NCBI GenBank assembly: GCA_965285935.1
Contig: OZ260661.1
Location: 128,588,001-128,652,000, forward strand
Direction: 5' to 3'
DNA: 64,000 nt
DNA from: Ophelia neglecta
Lineage: Eukaryota
This document shows positions 22,911 to 37,911 of this stretch, in pieces (position 1 is the stretch's first letter; each line of letters begins with the position of its first letter). The notes beneath the pieces were generated by a model. The model was given only the letters and a program-made list of their open reading frames with translations, was not told the DNA's origin and ran no database searches. Made by a program: the position numbers and the translations under genes.

Positions 22911-25900
22911 TTACGCCTCACTGGGAGTCAAAATCCATGACGTACGATGAACACAAATGAGTAACATAAAGCATGGTGTGAATACGTCATATCTTGTAAT
23001 ATATTCAACTTTACCCCCGATCTTGGTGCTTATTACCTGCTCAGAGAATGCAACAAGTTACCGCTAAATAAATAGGCCTATTGCCACTGTGAGCTGGGTA
23101 GGTGCTTATACTCACAGATGAAAAGTATTTGTCTTGAAAAACACAGTTTATTATTGTTGAAGAATCTATTCATATGTGTTAATATTGTATGTTAATGGGA
23201 ATAAATGATTTAATGATACTATGAGAATCGTTGAAAAATTATTTGCTTATATCAACTTATTATTCCACCGTTAGATCTTAGGGCGTACAAAGTTATTGAC
23301 AAACTGGTAGACACCTCATAGATATGATAGGGTCATAAAATAACGTAACACGTTTCAGATAGATCCTATGGTCTATCTAAGCTTCATGGCCGCTCGGAAA
23401 GATTAAATAACAGGTGTAACACGGTGAAGGTGTCGGTCACTGGGGGAAATTGGGGAAGGGGGCTGGGGTGGGGATACACGGCCGCGGGGTCAAGACTCCC
23501 CCAGTGTCCAGATTTTTTTCCATATCAATACTATAAGCCTATAACCGCGATGTTTCCATATACAAAATCGAGGCAAATATATATATAACCAAAACTTACA
23601 GCCCCCCTTCCGCCCTCCGTCTCCCAATGCCAACGATTATTCCATATAAATTCCAGAGGGCTAGGCAAACTTACACATTCCAGGTCGATCTTTATCACAG
23701 TCGCTCAGTGTGGGCCAAGCTAGGCGGACATCATATCAGTCACAATTTAACTTGAAAGATATTTTGGAACGCGGCTACGAAACACAAGGTTGGCGTTACA
23801 TATGCTTAATTTTCACATGACGGGACCAAACCAGCATGCCCTCTAGAGGCTCTTGAACAAAAGTGGCCATTTTTTATTTTTTGTCACACGTGAGAGCTAG
23901 ACCGCACATATGACCCCATAGATATCCATATGTGTCTTTCACAATCACACAATTTCAAAACAATACCATCCCGTGTCCAAAATCTTTTACTATTCATATC
24001 TATATTTTACTATTAACATATAATCCAGGTTATCCAGATATGTTTGCTGCCTTTTTTGGTGAATCACAGTCGAGTTTGGCGAATTTATTATTGCCCTGTG
24101 AGCTCTGGAACACCTATCAGCTCTGGAACACCTACGACACTGCATCGAATAATTGCTATTTAGTTCACTGCAACCAGTAATAACAGCCAGGCGTTCTTGC
24201 CTAAGTATCACAGCATGCACCGCGGTATTTCGTTTCCCGCCAGATGGCGATACCTTCAAAAAAGGCTCGCGCATACGCGCAATTGTACACAAGAATGCCA
24301 ATTTTGTCAATAAACATACTTCCGCAGAATTTCATCTCCGCTCCGAAACTATATTCCCGTTCTTAATCAAATGATGCAAGTAAATTTAGTATAAGCTGCG
24401 GGCCTGTTCCGACGGCAGGTCTCAGTTTGGCGGCCTCGTAGTCACAGGCACCCCCCCCCCCATCCCCCAGCGGTGTATTTCATATAATTTGGATGTGGTG
24501 GTCCTAGCAGGGTTTGAATCCTGGGAAAATATGACAGAAATTCTTCAAAAAGCATCAATGATTTAGGAAATCTTCACAAACCTATACTTTTGATCAAAAC
24601 CAAATCCTCAATACACTATACCATTTTGACGGTCGATCTTCCAAAAGCCTATCTTTAATATGAAAAAGTCCTACTCTTTTGCGATGGGAAAGGTGCGTCC
24701 GGGGTTTCCCGCCTATTCAATGCAAACCACAGCTTTTGTATGCCGGTAGCTAGGTTTTAGAAGACCTCACTGGTCAATATGCCTATAGAAGAATAAACTG
24801 GACCATTTTCATAGGCTTGCATAGGAGATTACCCCTTTTCTAGTACCATAGCGGAGAGATAGGCATTGATAGGGAAAAAAAACATTCTCTATACCACGGA
24901 GCCATATACTATGTTTTCATAGCAACTGAAATCACGGAAAATATGTGATTAATGACGAATCATAAGTTATCAATAAAATGAAACCAATGTCAGTGTAATC
25001 ATCCCAAGTCCACCATGAATCGCGAACAATAACTTTTCACGTTCACATCACGGAAGATAAATATGATCAATCACGCACCAAGATTTTACTCCAAAATTGT
25101 TAAGTGCACCTTATTTTCGGGTTTTTTTTCGAGTCTCCCGATGACTAGGAGAGGCGAGAATAAAATGGCGCGAAAATTAAAAGCACCATTAGCACTGTAT
25201 TGCCGCCGGTGAGTAACCGTGAACATAACAAGCCGTAAAAACTAATTTAAATGTCAGCTGTTCCTGAAAATTTGATGGCGCGAACATTTCCCGTTTTACA
25301 GTAACTCCCCCTTATAATAAATGTGTATTATATACAATTAGAACAGTCATGGGTTCCTGTCCCGTCAGGACTCGGTATTTCCTTTTTTGAACATTTTAGG
25401 TATGCTATTGAATAAGTATTTTAGTATTGATCAATGTTCTTTACACTAATCTCTTCATATAAGGATAAATTTGACATACCTGTATTGTAGGCCCATATGG
25501 TTGTGGCCAGTGGACGACCAACCCTGGGTGACTTTCAAAACCTTGTATCGCGGTCAACCGACAACGCCTGGGATGAAAATGGTTTCCAAGAAAATATTGT
25601 TAGGCCTATGTCAGAAATTGTTTGAACTTAATTAAGATAAACGAAGTCCCTGGAACCCGCCAGTCAGATTCCTCCGACGGCCATTAATTTACATCGATCG
25701 CGTTGGCCGCCTGTATAACTCACCTATATTAATATCGAGGACAGCCGGAGGGTCACAGAGCTGTTCAGGTCTCCGCTCATGTCACATTTGATGGCCATTC
25801 ACGTGCCAGACAACTCCATCTAGTCGGCAGGGAGACCATGGCGATCACGAGGGTGAGATCAGTTTCAATCTCACTCACTGCCCCATCCGTACACCGCCCG

Positions 25901-26192
25901 CCTAGATTGTTATAATCCGATTATATCAACCATAACAATGCACTGATATCAATCTAATTACCCGGGTAAATAAAAGTAAACATACCCGGAGGCCTGGCGG
26001 GGCGTGTAAGCAGATTATAGGTCTCAGCCGACAGACTGAGTAGGCCAGGGTGACAAGGACTCTAGGCAGACGGGTTGGCAGACAGAGGGAAAATGTCGTC
26101 TGCCGACTTGATGGATTCTCTACAAAACCAGTCGGAGTCTGGAGGAAGGCATCATTTCTCCTCTAGGAACCACCACCAGAACATCAGGCAAT

Positions 26193-27917
26193 ATGAAGAA
26201 TCTCGTGTTTATCAGCGTCTGGACGGGACTCTTGTCTCTAACCCTGGTGGCCTACTCGGCCGGGGCCAAGGGAACACGACCCAAACTGCCAGATCTACTC
26301 TTAAGGAACTTCAACAACCTAGGCGATGTGAGCGCTGTGTCAGCTGACGTCACTGCCCAGCAGAACCAGCCCGATAATAGCCGAGTTAAGCCGAGCTCGG
26401 CCGATGTCAATATGAAGGAGATTGGCGAGATTCTCCAAAACAAGTACGGGCTGACTAACACGATGGCCAGCGAGGGCTCGACCAGCTTCATGTTGGAGGT
26501 GTACCGTAAGCTGGAGGAGGGAGAGAGCTTATCGAGGGCCTCCGGACATCGTGGGCTAGACGTGGCCATCTTACAGGCAGACACCGTCCGCAGCTTCCAC
26601 AATAAAGGTAAGGCCTCGTATACCCACACCGCTTTATGAAAGGAATTCCACAAAAAATCATGTTAAAATGTGAATGTATTAGGCAAGAGATAAAATCGGT
26701 AATTAATATTACTTATCATGATAGTAAATAATAATATGTACATGAAGGTACACGGACTACACAGTCAATCTGAATTTGGAGACATCAAGAGTATTAACTT
26801 AATCCTAATTAATAGCGTTAACATTCACAAAAGCTGATAAAACTAACAAACAATTATAACAAATTTAGTCGATTAACCGTCTTAATTGCATCCTTATATC
26901 AGCTTACTTTATTTTATTCATTGTAAAAATTATTTATTTTTCCTTGTAGAGCGTATAAGAGAGGAGGGAGACAAGATGGAGATGACCTTCAAACTAGCCG
27001 GTATACCTGAGGAGGAGGTAACAAAGAGAGCTGAACTACGGGTCCACTCACAGAGAGCACGAGGACGCCGTGTCTTCAAGGTGAAGGTCACAGTAATTGA
27101 GGGTGGCGTCCAGATTCAGCGTTTGTCCTATCGGATCAGCTCCAAGCGTTCTGCCAATGACGGCTCGGCGGTGATTGACCTGACGGCCATCGTTCAGGAC
27201 GTGTTAGAGGCCGGATACCGCGACGCTACTCTCCATTTTACTCTCCGTCCTGCTCATAAACACAGACGGCAGAGAGGGACTGGCCAACAGGAAAAACAGC
27301 AGGGCAAAAGTGAGAAGAAGGACAAAACTCAATCGGGGGACCATAGCGGTAGTGGCGCTGTAGGTAGTGGGCACACCGGAAGACGCTCTAAACGTAATGT
27401 CCGTCAGCCGACAACTGGTGCCATGCTTGTAATCTTCACTCAAAACAAACAGTTTTTCTCTAAACTGACTGCTGACCTTCGCATAAAGGCCAATCAGCTG
27501 GACAGCAACTTACCAGACTCAAGAGAACAATCAGATGTACGGTCAGGGAGAGTCAAGCGCAGGTCTTCTAAATCAAAAGAAAGATCTAACCCTTTCAAAG
27601 TTGGCGGAAAGTGTAGAAAACTGGACTTTACCATAGACTTTGAGGTGATTGGCTGGGACAAATGGATTGTTTACCCTAAGAAGTTCAACGCCTATCGCTG
27701 CGGCGGAAAGTGTAAGAATATAATGGATCCTGACGTGTGGCCCACCAACCACGCCATACTACAGAGTCTAATGAATAGGCGTGACCGGAAGTTAGCCCCG
27801 CGTCCATGCTGTGTGCCCACCAAACTACGACCAATCAGCATGCTGTATTTCGAGGAGGATGAAATCGTCATACGTAATCACGTGAACATGGCCGTTGACC
27901 AATGCGGCTGTAGTTAA
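26193..27917 (+). CDS. nodal: Nodal-like preproprotein, copy 6 (join 26193..26607,26950..27917)
   Basis: Intact; N/I haplotype. Confidence 0.88.
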
Positions 27918-30900
27918 TTACGCCTCACTGGGAGTCAAAATCCATGACGTACGATGAACACAAATGAGTAACATAAAGCATGGTGTGAATACGTCATATC
28001 TTGTAATATATTCAACTTTACCCCCGATCTTGGTGCTTATTACCTGCTCAGAGAATGCAACAAGTTACCGCTAAATAAATAGGCCTATTGCCACTGTGAG
28101 CTGGGTAGGTGCTTATACTCACAGATGAAAAGTATTTGTCTTGAAAAACACAGTTTATTATTGTTGAAGAATCTATTCATATGTGTTAATATTGTATGTT
28201 AATGGGAATAAATGATTTAATGATACTATGAGAATCGTTGAAAAATTATTTGCTTATATCAACTTATTATTCCACCGTTAGATCTTAGGGCGTACAAAGT
28301 TATTGACAAACTGGTAGACACCTCATAGATATGATAGGGTCATAAAATAACGTAACACGTTTCAGATAGATCCTATGGTCTATCTAAGCTTCATGGCCGC
28401 TCGGAAAGATTAAATAACAGGTGTAACACGGTGAAGGTGTCGGTCACTGGGGGAAATTGGGGAAGGGGGCTGGGGTGGGGATACACGGCCGCGGGGTCAA
28501 GACTCCCCCAGTGTCCAGATTTTTTTCCATATCAATACTATAAGCCTATAACCGCGATGTTTCCATATACAAAATCGAGGCAAATATATATATAACCAAA
28601 ACTTACAGCCCCCCTTCCGCCCTCCGTCTCCCAATGCCAACGATTATTCCATATAAATACCAGAGGGCTAGGCAAACTTACACATTCCAGGTCGATCTTT
28701 ATCACAGTCGCTCAGTGTGGGCCAAGCTAGGCGGACATCATATCAGTCACAATTTAACTTGAAAGATATTTTGGAACGCGGCTACGAAACACAAGGTTGG
28801 CGTTACATATGCTTAATTTTCACATGACGGGACCAAACCAGCATGCCCTCTAGAGGCTCTTGAACAAAAGTGGCCATTTTTTATTTTTTGTCACACGTGA
28901 GAGCTAGACCGCACATATGACCCCATAGATATCCATATGTGTCTTTCACAATCACACAATTTCAAAACAATACCATCCCGTGTCCAAAATCTTTTACTAT
29001 TCATATCTATATTTTACTATTAACATATAATCCAGGTAATCCAGATATGTTTGCTGCCTTTTTTGGTGAATCACAGTCGAGTTTGGCGAATTTATTATTG
29101 CCCTGTGAACTCTGGAACACCTATCAGCTCTGGAACACCTACGACACTGCATCGAATAATTGCTATTTAGTTCACTGCAACCAGTAATAACAGCCAGGCG
29201 TTCTTGCCTAAGTATAACAGCATGCACCGCGGTATTTCGTTTCCCGCCAGATGGCGATACCTTCAAAAAAGGCTCGCGCATACGCGCAATTGTACACAAG
29301 AATGCCAATTTTGTCAATAAACATACTTCCGCAGAATTTCATCTCCGCTCCGAAACTATATTCCCGTTCTTAATCAAATGATGCAAGTAAATTGAGTATA
29401 AGCTGCGGGCCTGTTCCGACGGCAGGTCTCAGTTTGGCGGCCTCGTAGTCACAGGCACCCCCCCCCCCCCATCCCCCAGCGGTGTATTTCATATAATTTG
29501 GATGTGGTGGTCCTAGCAGGGTTTGAATCCTGGGAAAATATGACAGAAATTCTTCAAAAAGCATCAATGATTTAGGAAATCTTCACAAACCTATATTTTT
29601 GATCAAAACCAAATCCTCAATACACTATACCATTTTGACGGTCGATCTTCCAAAAACCTATCTTTAATAGGAAAAAGTCCTACTCTTTTGCGATGGGAAA
29701 GGTGCGTCCGGGTTTTCCCGCCTATTCAATGCAAACCACAGCTTTTGTATGCCGGTAGCTAGGTTTTAGAAGACCTCACTGGTCAATATGCCTATAGAAG
29801 AATAAACTGGACCATTTTCATAGGCTTGCATAGGAGATTACCCCTTTTCTAGTACCATAGCGGAGAGATAGGCATTGATAGGGAAAAAAAACATTCTCTA
29901 TACCACGGAGCCATATACTATGTTTTCATAGCAACTGAAATCACGGAAAATATGTGATTAATGACGAATCATAAGTTATCAATAAAATGAAACCAATGTC
30001 AGTGTAATCATCCCAAGTCCACCATGAATCGCGAACAATAACTTTTCACGTTCACATCACGGAAGATAAATATGATCAATCACGCACCAAGATTTTACTC
30101 CAAAATTGTTAAGTGCACCTTATTTTCGGGTTTTTTTTCGAGTCTCCCGATGACTAGGAGAGGCGAGAATAAAATGGCGCGAAAATTAAAAGCACCATTA
30201 GCACTGTATTGCCGCCGGTGAGTAACCGTGAACATAACAAGCCGTAAAAACTAATTTAAATGTCAGCTGTTCCTGAAAATTTGATGGCGCGAACATTTCC
30301 CGTTTTACAGTAACTCCCCCTTATAATAAATGTGTATTATATACAATTAGAACAGTCATGGGTTCCTGTCCCGTCAGGACTCGGTATTTCCTTTTTTGAA
30401 CATTTTAGGTATGCTATTGAATAAGTATTTTAGTATTGATCAATGTTCTTTACACTAATCTCTTCATATAAGGATAAATTTGACATACCTGTATTGTAGG
30501 CCCATATGGTTGTGGCCAGTGGACGACCAACCCTGGGTGACTTTCAAAACCTTGTATCGCGGTCAACCGACAACGCCTGGGATGAAAATGGTTTCCAAGA
30601 AAATATTGTTAGGCCTATGTCAGAAATTGTTTGAACTTAATTAAGATAAACGAAGTCCCTGGAACCCGCCAGTCAGATTCCTCCGACGGCCATTAATTTA
30701 CATCGATCGCGTTGGCCGCCTGTATAACTCACCTATATTAATATCGAGGACAGCCGGAGGGTCACAGAGCTGTTCAGGTCTCCGCTCATGTCACATTTGA
30801 TGGCCATTCACGTGCCAGACAACTCCATCTAGTCGGCAGGGAGACCATGGCGATCACGAGGGTGAGATCAGTTTCAATCTCACTCACTGCCCCATCCGTA

Positions 30901-31201
30901 CACCGCCCGCCTAGATTGTTATAATCCGATTATATCAACCATAACAATGCACTGATATCAATCTAATTACCCGGGTAAATAAAAGTAAACATACCCGGAG
31001 GCCTGGCGGGGCGTGTAAGCAGATTATAGGTCTCAGCCGACAGACTGAGTAGGCCAGGGTGACAAGGACTCTAGGCAGACGGGTTGGCAGACAGAGGGAA
31101 AATGTCGTCTGCCGACTTGATGGATTCTCTACAAAACCAGTCGGAGTCTGGAGGAAGGCATCATTTCTCCTCTAGGAACCACCACCAGAACATCAGGCAA
31201 T

Positions 31202-32923
31202 ATGAAGAATCTCGTGTTTATCAGCGTCTGGACGGGACTCTTGTCTCTAACCCTGGTGGCCTACTCGGCCGGGGCCAAGGGAACACGACCCAAACTGCCA
31301 GATCTACTCTTAAGGAACTTCAACAACCTAGGCGATGTGAGCGCTGTGTCAGCTGACGTCACTGCCCAGCAGAACCAGCCCGATAATAGCCGAGTTAAGC
31401 CGAGCTCGGCCGATGTCAATATGAAGGAGATTGGCGAGATTCTCCAAAACAAGTACGGGCTGACTAACACGATGGCCAGCGAGGGCTCGACCAGCTTCAT
31501 GTTGGAGGTGTACCGTAAGCTGGAGGAGGGAGAGAGCTTATCGAGGGCCTCCGGACATCGTGGGGTAGACGTGGCCATCTTACAGGCAGACACCGTCCGC
31601 AGCTTCCACAATAAAGGTAAGGCCTCGTATACCCACACCGCTTTATGAAAGGAATTCCACAAAAAATCATGTTAAAATGTGAATGTATTAGGCAAGAGAT
31701 AAAATCGGTAATTAATATTACTTATCATGATAGTAAATAATAATATGTACATGAAGGTACACGGACTACACAGTCAATCTGAATTTGGAGACATCAAGAG
31801 TATTAACTTAATCCTAATTAATAGCGTTAACATTCACAAAAGCTGATAAAACTAACAAACAATTATAACAAATTTAGTCGATTAACCGTCTTAATTGCAT
31901 CCTTATATCAGCTTACTTTATTTTATTCATTGTAAAAATTATTTATTTTTCCTTGTAGAGCGTATAAGAGAGGAGGGAGACAAGATGGAGATGACCTTCA
32001 AACTAGCCGGTATACCTGAGGAGGAGGTAACAAAGAGAGCTGAACTACGGGTCCACTCACAGAGAGCACGAGGACGCCGTGTCTTCAAGGTGAAGGTCAC
32101 AGTAATTGAGGGTGGCGTCCAGATTCAGCGTTTGTCCTATCGGATCAGCTCCAAGCGTTCTGCCAATGACGGCTCGGCGGTGACTGACCTGACGGCCATC
32201 GTTCAGGACGTGTTAGAGGCCGGATACCGCGACGCTACTCTCCATTTTACTCTCCGTCCTGCTCATAAACACAGACGGCAGAGAGGGACTGGCCAACAGG
32301 AAAAACAGCAGGGCAAAAGTGAGAAGGACAAAACTCAATCGGGGGACCATAGCGGTAGTGGCGCTGTAGGTAGTGGGCACACCGGAAGACGCTCTAAACG
32401 TAATGTCCGTCAGCCGACAACTGGTGCCATGCTTGTAATCTTCACTCAAAACAAACAGTTTTTCTCTAAACTGACTGCTGACCTTCGCATAAAGGCCAAT
32501 CAGCTGGACAGCAACTTACCAGACTCAAGAGAACAATCAGATGTACGGTCAGGGAGAGTCAAGCGCAGGTCTTCTAAATCAAAAGAAAGATCTAACCCTT
32601 TCAAAGTTGGCGGAAAGTGTAGAAAACTGGACTTTACCATAGACTTTGAGGTGATTGGCTGGGACAAATGGATTGTTTACCCTAAGAAGTTCAACGCCTA
32701 TCGCTGCGGCGGAAAGTGTAAGAATATAATGGATCCTGACGTGTGGCCCACCAACCACGCCATACTACAGAGTCTAATGAATAGGCGTGACCGGAAGTTA
32801 GCCCCGCGTCCATGCTGTGTGCCCACCAAACTACGACCAATCAGCATGCTGTATTTCGAGGAGGATGAAATCGTCATACGTAATCACGTGAACATGGCCG
32901 TTGACCAATGCGGCTGTAGTTAA
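31202..32923 (+). CDS. nodal: Nodal-like preproprotein, copy 7 (join 31202..31616,31959..32923; 459 aa)
   Basis: Intact; in-frame 3-bp deletion (SEKKDK>SEKDK), L>V (RGVDV), I>T (AVTDL). Confidence 0.88.
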
Positions 32924-35900
32924 TTACGCCTCACTGGGAGTCAAAATCCATGACGTACGATGAACACAAATGAGTAACATAAAGCATGGTGTGAATACGT
33001 CATATCTTGTAATATATTCAACTTTACCCCCGATCTTGGTGCTTATTACCTGCTCAGAGAATGCAACAAGTTACCGCTAAATAAATAGGCCTATTGCCAC
33101 TGTGAGCTGGGTAGGTGCTTATACTCACAGATGAAAAGTATTTGTCTTGAAAAACACAGTTTATTATTGTTGAAGAATCTATTCATATGTGTTAATATTG
33201 TATGTTAATGGGAATAAATGATTTAATGATACTATGAGAATCGTTGAAAAATTATTTGCTTATATCAACTTATTATTCCACCGTTAGATCTTAGGGCGTA
33301 CAAAGTTATTGACAAACTGGTAGACACCTCATAGATATGATAGGGTCATAAAATAACGTAACACGTTTCAGATAGATCCTATGGTCTATCTAAGCTTCAT
33401 GGCCGCTCGGAAAGATTAAATAACAGGTGTAACACGGTGAAGGTGTCGGTCACTGGGGGAAATTGGGGAAGGGGGCTGGGGTGGGGATACACGGCCGCGG
33501 GGTCAAGACTCCCCCAGTGTCCAGATTTTTTTCCATATCAATACTATAAGCCTATAACCGCGATGTTTCCATATACAAAATCGAGGCAAATATATATATA
33601 ACCAAAACTTACAGCCCCCCTTCCGCCCTCCGTCTCCCAATGCCAACGATTATTCCATATAAATACCAGAGGGCTAGGCAAACTTACACATTCCAGGTCG
33701 ATCTTTATCACAGTCGCTCAGTGTGGGCCAAGCTAGGCGGACATCATATCAGTCACAATTTAACTTGAAAGATATTTTTGAACGCGGCTACGAAACACAA
33801 GGTTGGCGTTACATATGCTTAATTTTCACATGACGGGACCAAACCAGCATGCCCTCTAGAGGCTCTTGAACAAAAGTGGCCATTTTTTATTTTTTGTCAC
33901 ACGTGAGAGCTAGACCGCACATATGACCCCATAGATATCCATATGTGTCTTTCACAATCACACAATTTCAAAACAATACCATCCCGTGTCCAAAATCTTT
34001 TACTATTCATATCTATATTTTACTATTAACATATAATCCAGGTAATCCAGATATGTTTGCTGCCTTTTTTGGTGAATCACAGTCGAGTTTGGCGAATTTA
34101 TTATTGCCCTGTGAGCTCTGGAACACCTACGACACTGCATCGAATAATTGCTATTTAGTTCACTGCAACCAGTAATAACAGCCAGGCGTTCTTGCCTAAG
34201 TATAACAGCATGCACCGCGGTATTTCGTTTCCCGCCAGATGGCGATACCTTCAAAAAAGGCTCGCGCATACGCGCAATTGTACACAAGAATGCCAATTTT
34301 GTCAATAAACATACTTCCGCAGAATTTCATCTCCGCTCCGAAACTATATTCCCGTTCTTAATCAAATGATGCAAGTAAATTGAGTATAAGCTGCGGGCCT
34401 GTTCCGACGGCAGGTCTCAGTTTGGCGGCCTCGTAGTCACAGGCACCCCCCCCCCATCCCCCAGCGGTGTATTTCATATAATTTGGATGTGGTGGTCCTA
34501 GCAGGGTTTGAATCCTGGGAAAATATGACAGAAATTCTTCAAAAAGCATCAATGATTTAGGAAATCTTCACAAACCTATATTTTTGATCAAAACCAAATC
34601 CTCAATACACTATACCATTTTGACGGTCGATCTTCCAAAAACCTATCTTTAATAGGAAAAAGTCCTACTCTTTTGCGATGGGAAAGGTGCGTCCGGGGTT
34701 TCCCGCCTATTCAATGCAAACCACAGCTTTTGTATGCCGGTAGCTAGGTTTTAGAAGACCTCACTGGTCAATATGCCTATAGAAGAATAAACTGGACCAT
34801 TTTCATAGGCTTGCATAGGAGATTACCCCTTTTCTAGTACCATAGCGGAGAGATAGGCATTGATAGGGAAAAAAAACATTCTCTATACCGCGGAGCCATA
34901 TACTATGTTTTCATAGCAACTGAAATCACGGAAAATATGTGATTAATGACGAATCATAAGTTATCAATAAAATGAAACCAATGTCAGTGTAATCATCCCA
35001 AGTCCACCATGAATCGCGAACAATAACTTTTCACGTTCACATCACGGAAGATAAATATGATCAATCACGCACCAAGATTTTACTCCAAAATTGTTAAGTG
35101 CACCTTATTTTCGGGGTTTTTTTCGAGTCTCCCGATGACTAGGAGAGGCGAGAATAAAATGGCGCGAAAATTAAAAGCACCATTAGCACTGTATTGCCGC
35201 CGGTGAGTAACCGTGAACATAACAAGCCGTAAAAACTAATTTAAATGTCAGCTGTTCCTGAAAATTTGATGGCGCGAACATTTCCCGTTTTACAGTAACT
35301 CCCCCTTATAATAAATGTGTATTATATACAATTAGAACAGTCATGGGTTCCTGTCCCGTCAGGACTCGGTATTTCCTTTTTTGAACATTTTAGGTATGCT
35401 ATTGAATAAGTATTTTAGTATTGATCAATGTTCTTTACACTAATCTCTTCATATAAGGATAAATTTGACATACCTGTATTGTAGGCCCATATGGTTGTGG
35501 CCAGTGGAAGACCAACCCTGGGTGACTTTCAAAACCTTGTATCGCGGTCAACCGACAACGCCTGGGATGAAAATGGTTTCCAAGAAAATATTGTTAGGCC
35601 TATGTCAGAAATTGTTTGAACTTAATTAAGATAAACGAAGTCCCTGGAACCCGCCAGTCAGATTCCTCCGACGGCCATTAATTTACATCGATCGCGTTGG
35701 CCGCCTGTATAACTCACCTATATTAATATCGAGGACAGCCGGAGGGTCACAGAGCTGTTCAGGTCTCCGCTCATGTCACATTTGATGGCCATTCACGTGC
35801 CAGACAACTCCATCTAGTCGGCAGGGAGACCATGGCGATCACGAGGGTGAGATCAGTTTCAATCTCACTCACTGCCCCATCCGTACACCGCCCGCCTAGA

Positions 35901-36186
35901 TTGTTATAATCCGATTATATCAACCATAACAATGCACTGATATCAATCCAATTACCCGGGTAAATAAAAGTTAATATACCCGGAGGCCTGGCGGGGCGTG
36001 TAAGCAGATTATAGGTCTCAGCCGACAGACTGAGTAGGCCAGGGTGACAAGGACTCTAGGCAGACGGGTTGGCAGACAGAGGGAAAATGTCGTCTGCCGA
36101 CTTGATGGATTCTCTACAAAACCAGTCGGAGTCTGGAGGAAGGCATCATTTCTCCTCTAGGAACCACCACCAGAACATCAGGCAAT

Positions 36187-37911
36187 ATGAAGAATCTCGT
36201 GTTTATCAGCGTCTGGACGGGACTCTTGTCTCTAACCCTGGTGGCCTACTCGGCCGGGGCCAAGGGAACACGACCCAAACTGCCAGATCTACTCTTAAGG
36301 AACTTCAACAACCTAGGCGATGTGAGCGCTGTGTCAGCTGACGTCACTGCCCAGCAGAACCAGCCCGATAAAAGCCAAGTTAAGCCGAGCTCGGCCGATG
36401 TCAATATGAAGGAGATTGGCGAGATTCTCCAAAACAAGTACGGGCTGACTAACACGATGGCCAGCGAGGGCTCGACCAGCTTCATGTTGGAGGTGTACCG
36501 TAAGCTGGAGGAGGGAGAGAGCTTATCGAGGGCCTCCGGACATCGTGGGCTAGACGTGGCCATCTTACAGGCAGACACCGTCCGCAGCTTCCACAATAAA
36601 GGTAAGGCCTCGTATACCCACACCGCTTTATGAAAGGAATTCCACAAAAAATCATGTTAAAATGTGAATTTATTAGGCAAGAGATAAAATCGGTAATTAA
36701 TATTACTTATCATGATAGTAAATAATAATATGTACATGAAGGTACACGGACTACACAATCAATCTGAATTTGGAGACATCAAGAGTATTAACTTAATCCT
36801 AATTAATAGCGTTAACATTCACAAAAGCTGATAAAACTAACAAACAATTATAACAAATTTAGTCGATTAACCGCCTTAATTGCATCCTTATATCAGCTTA
36901 CTTTATTTTATTCATTGTAAAAATTATTTATTTTTCCTTGTAGAGCGTATAAGAGAGGAGGGAGACAAGATGGAGATGACCTTCAAACTAGCCGGTATAC
37001 CTGAGGAGGAGGTAACAAAGAGAGCTGAACTACGGGTCCACTCACAGAGAGCACGAGGACGCCGTGTCTTCAAGGTGAAGGTCACAGTAATTGAGGGTGG
37101 CGTCCAGATTCAGCGTTTGTCCTATCGGGTCAGCTCCAAACGTTCTGCCAATGACGGCTCGGCGGTGATTGACCTGACGGCCATCGTTCAGGACGTGTTA
37201 GAGGCCGGATACCGCGACGCTACTCTCCATTTTACTCTCCGTCCTGCTCATAAACACAGACGGCAGAGAGGGACTGGCCAACAGGAAAAACAGCAGGGCA
37301 AAAGTGAGAAGAAGGACAAAACTCAATCGGGGGACCATAGCGGTAGTGGCGCTGTAGGTAGTAGGCACACCGGAAGACGCTCTAAACGTAATGTCCGTCA
37401 GCCGACAACTGGTGCCATGCTTGTAATCTTCACTCAAAACAAACAGTTTTTCTCTAAACTGACTGCTGACCTTCGCATAAAGGCCAATCAGCTGGACAGC
37501 AACTTACCAGACTCAAGAGAACAATCAGATGTACGGTCAGGGAGAGTCAAGCGCAGGTCTTCTAAATCAAAAGAAAGATCTAACCCTTTCAAAGTTGGCG
37601 GAAAGTGTAGAAAACTGGACTTTACCATAGACTTTGAGGTGATTGGCTGGGACAAATGGATTGTTTACCCTAAGAAGTTCAACGCCTATCGCTGCGGCGG
37701 AAAGTGTAAGAATATAATGGATCCTGACGTGTGGCCCACCAACCACGCCATACTACAGAGTCTAATGAATAGGCGTGACCGGAAGTTAGCCCCGCGTCCA
37801 TGCTGTGTGCCCACCAAACTACGACCAATCAGCATGCTGTATTTCGAGGAGGATGAAATCGTCATACGTAATCACGTGAACATGGCCGTTGACCAATGCG
37901 GCTGTAGTTAA
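36187..37911 (+). CDS. nodal: Nodal-like preproprotein, copy 8 (join 36187..36601,36944..37911)
   Basis: Intact; private R>Q (KSQVK) and G>R (GSRHT). Confidence 0.88.
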
